Part shown: positions 58,171 through 64,000 of the stretch, in pieces | Position numbering within the stretch: position 1 is the first letter of the stretch | How the letters are laid out: every line of letters starts with the position of its first letter | Assembly (NCBI GenBank): GCA_001606155.1 | Contig: LODT01000016.1 | Coordinates: 385,870 to 449,869, forward strand | Direction: 5' to 3' | Source of the DNA: Tieghemostelium lacteum | Taxonomy: Eukaryota | Length of the DNA: 64,000 nucleotides | Notes under the pieces: model-generated | What the model was told of the DNA's origin: nothing | The model's input: the letters and a program-made list of their open reading frames with translations, nothing else | Databases searched by the model: none | Program-made: the position numbers and the translations under genes

Positions 58171-60397
58171 TTATTGGTTAGGTTTTTTCTGATTCACTGT
58201 AGAATCTATAAAATCCTTGAATCTTTTTATTTCTTTTTTTACATTTGATCTTGTATAAAGTTTTAAAATTAAAAATATTATAACTGCAATAAATGGAAGA
58301 GGTAACAAAATACCTAATAAAAGATCAATTTGTGATTTTTTAAATGTGGCTCTTTCAGTTGGTTTTGGTGGAATATAAATTTCCAATGAATTACTTATTT
58401 GTTGATTTACAATAATTGTAATATCTTGTGTTGTTTTCAGTGATACTAGTTGAAATTCAACTTTTTCGAATGTTAATTGAGTAATGGAGTATTGGTCTGG
58501 AGTTAAAATTGTATTTCCAATTTTAATTTGAATTAATGATTGATCATTTCCGAAATTCTCGCCTTTAAGAATGATAGATGAAATTTCAGATTGGTATTCA
58601 AATGAATGAATGATTGGTGATTGGAATTCGACTTTAATATCTGTAATAGATTGTTTACCATCAATTGAAACAATGATATTATTAATTACTGATGTTGTTG
58701 GTAAATGAGTACAAATGATATTATTATCATTATTTTGTGATGGATCATAACATGATGTGTTGTTTTGTAGATTCATAATCTTTAAAACAGTATTTTCATT
58801 ATTGAATCTCTTCATATTTAGATATTTACCAATGATTGTGATTATTCCTCCATTCTTGTTGATAATTCCTTTAATTTCTTGAATTGATGGAATTAATTTA
58901 ACAGGGATTGGATTAGTTGATTTACTATAAGGTGTATATACAATAATATCACCATTTAGAATATTACTATCATTGAATAGTTGAGGTAATGATAATATTA
59001 ATGATGATTTACTACAATTTGCAATTGTATTCAATTTAATAACTTTTGAATTGAGAGTGAAATTACTACTGATCATTAATTGTTGTGAATTATCAAAATT
59101 ATCACCAAGAATTGTAATTGTATTATTAATATCTTGTTCAACTTTGGTGACTTTAGGAAGATAATAAGTGAATTTAAATGGAGGTATATCAGCTTGAACT
59201 GAATCAATTGATAATGAAATTGGAAGATTTTCATCATTTTCAAAACCTTGAGGCATTGTACATTTCAATGTTGTGAATTTAACATCATCAATATTTGTTG
59301 GTGATGAACATATTTTATTCCCCATTTTAATGAGGATATCAGAGGATGTTCCATTTTGTCTTTTACAATTCAAATTTTCACCTGTAACTGTAACTTCTCC
59401 ACCTGAATATGAATTCAAATTACTTATAGCTGTGAGTTTTGGTTCTATAAAAATTTTCAGTTGTTAGGATATTAATTTTGTTTGTTCATTTCCTATTGTA
59501 CATACTTGTCAATACTTTAAATGATGAAAGAGTAGAAATATTTGCGATAAAAAAATCAAAATCATAAGAATTCGAGAAATATTCAATAGATATAGATTTT
59601 AAAATCACCTTATTATTTGAATATTCAAGATAAGATGTTTGATTCTGGCTGATTGAATTTATCAAAATATTTGAATAATTTGAAAATTTCGAATTTCCAA
59701 AATTATCACCAGTAATAGTAATATTATCTCCTAAAAACTTTACTGATTCAATTATAGGCCCTATAATTGGGTTAGATAAGATTTTAAGTGGTCTAAATTA
59801 ATTCCACATACCTTGATAAGAAGTTTTGTAAATTGGTAAGGTAATATATTGATCAGTCATGGAGTATTCAATTTCACCCACCGAATCACCAACATCAATT
59901 TCAAATGAGGTAGAATTAATGAATGTTATATTTCCTAATAAACTATTAAATGATTTGGTTTCATTCAAATTTGTTATGTTGATTACTAAATTAAATATAG
60001 GATAGGGCTGGAAATATAGACCTGAAAATCGAAGAATAGAGTTGTTATTTGGTTTTGGTGTTGATACAACTAGTAAATTGAATTTTTTAAACATGACAAA
60101 AATGGATGTGCTTATTGTAGGGTGATTTTCATCATATATAAAATACCTTTCAGTTTGAGAAGATGGTAAAAGTTCAATTGAACAATTTATACTAGAACCA
60201 TATTTTATACAACTAGGTATATATGTTTGATTTGTAAAATCAGTTGTAATTTTAGTGATATTTACTAGGTCAGTAGAAGCTAATTGTAATCTGAATTTTA
60301 AGTAGGTTTCAGAGTTCTCTTCATAATTGACCACTGATATTTGGGTGAAAATTGGTGAAATTAAACTTAAACAATATAGTAGAATTATATATTTCAT
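58171..60397 (-). CDS. Tgr-like IPT/TIG receptor, copy E (apparently intact); exons 59812..60397, 59506..59760, 58171..59444
   Basis: Signal peptide MKYIILLYCLSLISPIFTQ. Donors at 59811 (GTATGT; intron 51 nt) and 59505 (GTATGT), and acceptors at 59761 and 59445. Its TM/tail cassette (LLLGILLPLPFIAVIIFLILKLYTRSNVKKEIKRFKDFIDSTVNQKKPNQ) differs from copy D despite a near-identical ectodomain. Confidence 0.6.
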
Positions 60398-60592
60398 ATT
60401 TTAATTAAATATAATTATGTTTTTTAAAATTTTTAAAAATAATTTATAAACTATAGTTTAAAAATAGTTCAGGTGTTGTTTGGAAATTTAGGTTTTTACA
60501 AATTCTAAAAATAGATTTAATATTGGTATATTTAAATAATATTAAATATTTATTTAAATAAAAAATCTACACAATATATGCTATTTTTACTA

Positions 60593-61870
60593 TTATTGGC
60601 TTGGATTTTTCTGATTCACTGTAGGATCTATAAAATCCTTGAATCTTTTTATTTCTTTTCTTTCATTTGATCTTGTATAAAGTTTTAAAATTAAAAATAT
60701 CGCAACGGCAATAAATGGAAGAGGTAACAAAATACCTAATAAAAGATCAATTTGTGATTTTGAAATGGTGGCTTTTTCAGTTGTTTTTAGTGGAATATAA
60801 ATTTCCAATGAATTACTTATTTGTTGATTTACAATAATTGTAATATCTTGTGTTGTTTTCAGTGATACTAGTTGAAATTCAACTTTTTCGAATGTTAATT
60901 GAGTAATGGAGTATTGGTCTGGAGTTAAAATTGTATTTCCAATTTTAATTTGAATTAATGATTGATCATTTCCGAAATTCTCACCATTTAGGATGATAGA
61001 TGAAATTTCAGATTGGAATTCAAATGAATGAATGATTGGTGATTGAAATGCAACTTTAATATCAGTATTAGATTGTTTACCATCAATTGAAACAATGATA
61101 TTATTAATTACTGATGTTGTTGGTAAATGAGTACAAATGATATTATTATCATTATTTTGTGATGGATCATAACATGATGTGTTGTTTTGTAGATTCATAA
61201 TCTTTAAAACAGTATTTTCATTATTGAATCTCTTCATATTTAGATATTTACCAATGATTGTGATTATTCCTCCATTCTTGTTGATAATTCCTTTAACTTC
61301 TTGAATTGATGGAATTAATTTAACAGGGATTGGATTAGTTGATTTACTATAAGGTGTATATACAATAATATCACCATTTAGAATATTACTATCATTGAAT
61401 AGTTGAGGTAATGATAATGTTAATGATGATTTACTACAATTTGCAATTGTATTCAATTTAATAACTTTTGAATTGAAAGTGAAATTACTACTGATCATTA
61501 ATTGTTGTGAATTATCAAAATTATCACCAAGAATTGTAATTGTATTATTAATATCTTGTTCAACCTTGGTGACTTTAGGAAGATAATAAGTGAATTTAAA
61601 TGGAGGTATATCTGCTTGAATTGAATCAATTGATAATGAAATTGGAAGATTTTCATCATTTTCAAAACCTTGAGGCATTGTACACTTTAATGTTGTGAAT
61701 TTAACATCATCAATATTTGTTGGTGATGAACATATTTTATTCCCCATTTTAATGAGGATATCAGAGGATGTTGGAATAATCATTGATCATTTCCAAAATT
61801 CTCACCTTTTAGAATGATAGATGAGCTATTGGATTGGTATTCAAATGAATGAATTAACTGTGGAAATCAC
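60593..61870 (-). pseudogene. Tgr-like copy F: 5'-truncated (exon 3 only, from mid first IPT repeat) plus an inverted/rearranged 85-bp exon-3 fragment at 61784..61870
   Basis: ORF 60593..61783 is about 97% identical to copy E exon 3 but starts at ...TSSDILIKMGNK. Sequence 61784..61870 matches an internal piece of exon 3 (about 60958..61040) out of context. No exons 1-2 lie upstream. Confidence 0.5.
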
Positions 61871-62554
61871 ATATGTTTGTAGTGGTGTATAACTATACAT
61901 GAAAGTTGTTTAAAATATGTATTAAATTGTAAACTGTTTATATATATATTCATTATCAGTTGAGTATATTGCTCTTCTTTAATATGAATCATCATCTTCA
62001 TCATCTTCATCATCTTCATCCCTAGATAAAGATTCACCACTTATTCATCATTACCTATATCCAATCAGATATTTCATATTCTCAGAATCACTTTTTGAAT
62101 CTTCTTTAAGACCTAAATACTGGTTATTACTTTGAGAAGATCTACATGGAATGGTTTCTCTTTAATCCAGATTTGTGATATACACATAGTAAAAATTTTT
62201 TTGTTTTAATCTGGAGCTCTAAATGGTTGTCAAGTGTATAAAACGCTCTAAACTCTTTAAACACTTTCTACAATTACTTTAACATTCCACACTTGTTTAC
62301 CACACATGCATTTATTAAATTACCAAAATTAAGAATTTGAATGAGGAATAAACGTGGGAATACGTTATTATTGTAAAAGATAAATTTATAGTGTAATAAT
62401 AAACAAATCTAGGAATATCTCCACCACAAGTTGGGAATTTCCCCGCTCTATAATTTGGGAGAAAATAGGTGATAAATAAATAATTATATATTTCATATTT
62501 TTTAAAATAAGTATACTTCATACTATGATGTTATATGTATTATAACTTATCATA

Positions 62555-62675
62555 GTAACAATAGATGGAGAGTTTAAAATCACCTTATTATTCGAATATT
62601 CAAGATATGATGTTTGATTCTGACTGATTGAATTCATCAAAATATTTGAATAATTTGAACTCCCTAGTACTGATC
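62555..62675 (-). pseudogene. Orphan fragment of Tgr-like exon 2
   Basis: Aligns to 56580..56690 and 59585..59690 (…NKVIL..SISQNQTSYLEYSNN…). Confidence 0.35.
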
Positions 62676-62688
62676 TAATTTAGAAAAC

Positions 62689-63231
62689 ATGATGTGGTTG
62701 AAAAACAATATATTATCACTATTTCCATTACTTAATTGGAAAGACGGCACCAACAAAGCATTGAAGGATTTATTGATAGTTAAACTTGAAGATTCACTTG
62801 AATATCAACAAAGACAGATAGAACCAATTCTGTTATCTGGATATATACCTATAGATTCTCAATCTATTTTGGATATTCTTATAGATATCTATTCACATCA
62901 AAATAAGAGTTTATACATCTTTCTCATGGCATGTATATCTGACACCATTAGAAATCAAGTCACTAGATTATCAATGAAAGATAAAATCATGAAACTCTAT
63001 GAATTGAAAATGAACCAATCACAAAACACCTTAAGGTTATTTAATTTGGACTTATTCATTAGACATTTTTACAATTCGATACCTATATGGATCAATACTT
63101 CAATAACAGAATTGTTAGAATGTTTCAGGATTACCTACTCACAAGTGATAAATTTAGTAAAACTTATTGATGGTTTATTAGAGAATTCTTTATGCAAAGA
63201 ATTAGATATATGGTTACATCTAATCATCTAA
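62689..63231 (+). CDS. Hypothetical protein
   Basis: A 180-codon ORF with ordinary codon usage and no recognisable domain. May have further exons. Confidence 0.3.
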   Translation: MMWLKNNILSLFPLLNWKDGTNKALKDLLIVKLEDSLEYQQRQIEPILLSGYIPIDSQSILDILIDIYSHQNKSLYIFLMACISDTIRNQVTRLSMKDKIMKLYELKMNQSQNTLRLFNLDLFIRHFYNSIPIWINTSITELLECFRITYSQVINLVKLIDGLLENSLCKELDIWLHLII

Positions 63232-63431
63232 TACCAATTTAATTCTCTCTTTACAATAAATATTTATCTTTATTTAATTCATCCATCTTTGCATAAAACT
63301 CTTTTGTCATTCATGTTTTATAACCTAATTTGATATATTTGAAAAAATTAAAATGGTGTTTTAATAATTTTTTTTTTTTTTTTTAATCATCTACTTCACA
63401 AAATATTAAACAATTCTTTAATTTTCATTCA

Positions 63432-63767
63432 ATGAATTCAAATATTAATAATCAAACAACAGTAACAACAACTACACCTTCAACAAATAATCAAAAAACA
63501 ATAAATATTTTAGACCCAACTACTAGTGAATATCATGATATTAACTGGAACATAGAACAAACCAATGCCTGGGCTGCTAGATTCCTTCCTATGGAAGACT
63601 TGCAGAAATTTAAAGAAGCAAATTTCAATGGTCAAGCACTTTCCAGTTTGCAAAGAGATGATTTAAATAGCAAGGTAAAAATATCTTTTGGTCAAAGCAT
63701 ACTTTTATTTCAGAGAATCTCCAAAGGTATTGCCCTCTCTCAACCACCAGGACAGCAAGGGATGTAG
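63432..63767 (+). CDS. SAM (sterile alpha motif) domain protein, possibly with further exons
   Basis: WNIEQTNAWAARFLPMEDLQKFKEANFNGQALSSLQRDDLNS..ISFGQSILLFQRI matches the SAM consensus (W..V..WL...L..Y...F....I.G..LL.L...DL..LG......IL..I). Confidence 0.45.
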   Translation: MNSNINNQTTVTTTTPSTNNQKTINILDPTTSEYHDINWNIEQTNAWAARFLPMEDLQKFKEANFNGQALSSLQRDDLNSKVKISFGQSILLFQRISKGIALSQPPGQQGM

Positions 63768-63870
63768 ATTGGTTTAATAGGAGTGTTTATAAAAGGATTG
63801 GATTATGGTACTAATTGACTTATGTTTAGTGCTACATTCAATTACTCAAAATACCTTTAACTGTTTTCAG

Positions 63871-64000
63871 GAATCTTCTAAAGCATTTGTAGATAGAGAA
63901 CATGAATTAAAAGAATTGGCTAAATATGCAATTATTACTCTTCAAAATGGAAAAGTTATTGATAAAAATAATATATTAGCTAGAATTGCGGTAACAAGTC
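63871..64000 (+). CDS. Probable coding exon running off the window end (ESSKAFVDREHELKELAKYAIITLQNGKVIDKNNILARIAVTS...)
   Basis: Only one of three frames is open over 130 nt. It is preceded by ttttcAG. No in-frame join to the SAM gene was found. Confidence 0.25.

Noticed and set aside
63727-63870. Possible intron (GTATTG...TTTTCAG) joining the SAM-domain ORF to the open exon at 63871
   Set aside because: The donor is non-consensus, the 5' part of the putative intron is GC-rich (unlike every other intron here), and the phases do not match (phase-1 donor versus phase-0 exon).
1-64000. Prokaryotic-style features (CRISPR arrays, operons, Shine-Dalgarno sites, rho-independent terminators, integrons)
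   Set aside because: Composition, introns, poly-Asn/Gln proteins and gene content show this is eukaryotic (dictyostelid) nuclear DNA. No direct-repeat/spacer array is present.

Overview
This window reads as nuclear DNA from a dictyostelid social amoeba (Dictyostelium-like). It is about 78% AT, with nearly pure A/T intergenic DNA and short (50-120 nt) AT-rich GT..AG introns with GTAAGT/GTATGT/GTAAAT donors. Coding triplet repeats produce poly-Asn and poly-Gln tracts. It is eukaryotic, so no CRISPR arrays, operons or rRNA genes are present, and I could not support any tRNA gene. I built splice models by hand from the six-frame ORFs and found about 35 genes. The likely housekeeping genes are an AOAH-like GDSL lipase (3' part only), APC8/Cdc23, an XPG/Rad2 nuclease, an NDR-family kinase, an NDUFA8-like twin-Cx9C protein, an SDR, RRP7, an SSSCA1/p27-like protein, a Cdc1/MPPE1 metallophosphoesterase, a SET+MYND protein, a TruA-type pseudouridine synthase, an O-methyltransferase and two tandem Myb-like paralogs. 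The most distinctive content is a multigene family of secreted single-pass receptors with four IPT/TIG-like repeats (Tgr-like). It forms two inverted tandem arrays at the window edges (2.6-8.7 kb on the + strand, 55.1-62.7 kb on the - strand). Each array holds intact copies, frameshifted copies and truncated or scrambled fragments. The intact and near-intact copies carry nearly identical ectodomains fused to unrelated transmembrane/cytoplasmic tail cassettes. A second notable zone (15.3-18.2 kb) is a transposon graveyard with a Harbinger DDE transposase fragment, a decayed protein-primed family-B DNA polymerase fragment (Maverick/Polinton- or linear-plasmid-like) and a frameshifted hAT dimerisation domain. 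There is also an SR-rich gene disrupted by an in-frame stop and a frameshift. All coordinates come from manual reading. Splice sites are inferred from consensus and frame continuity only.
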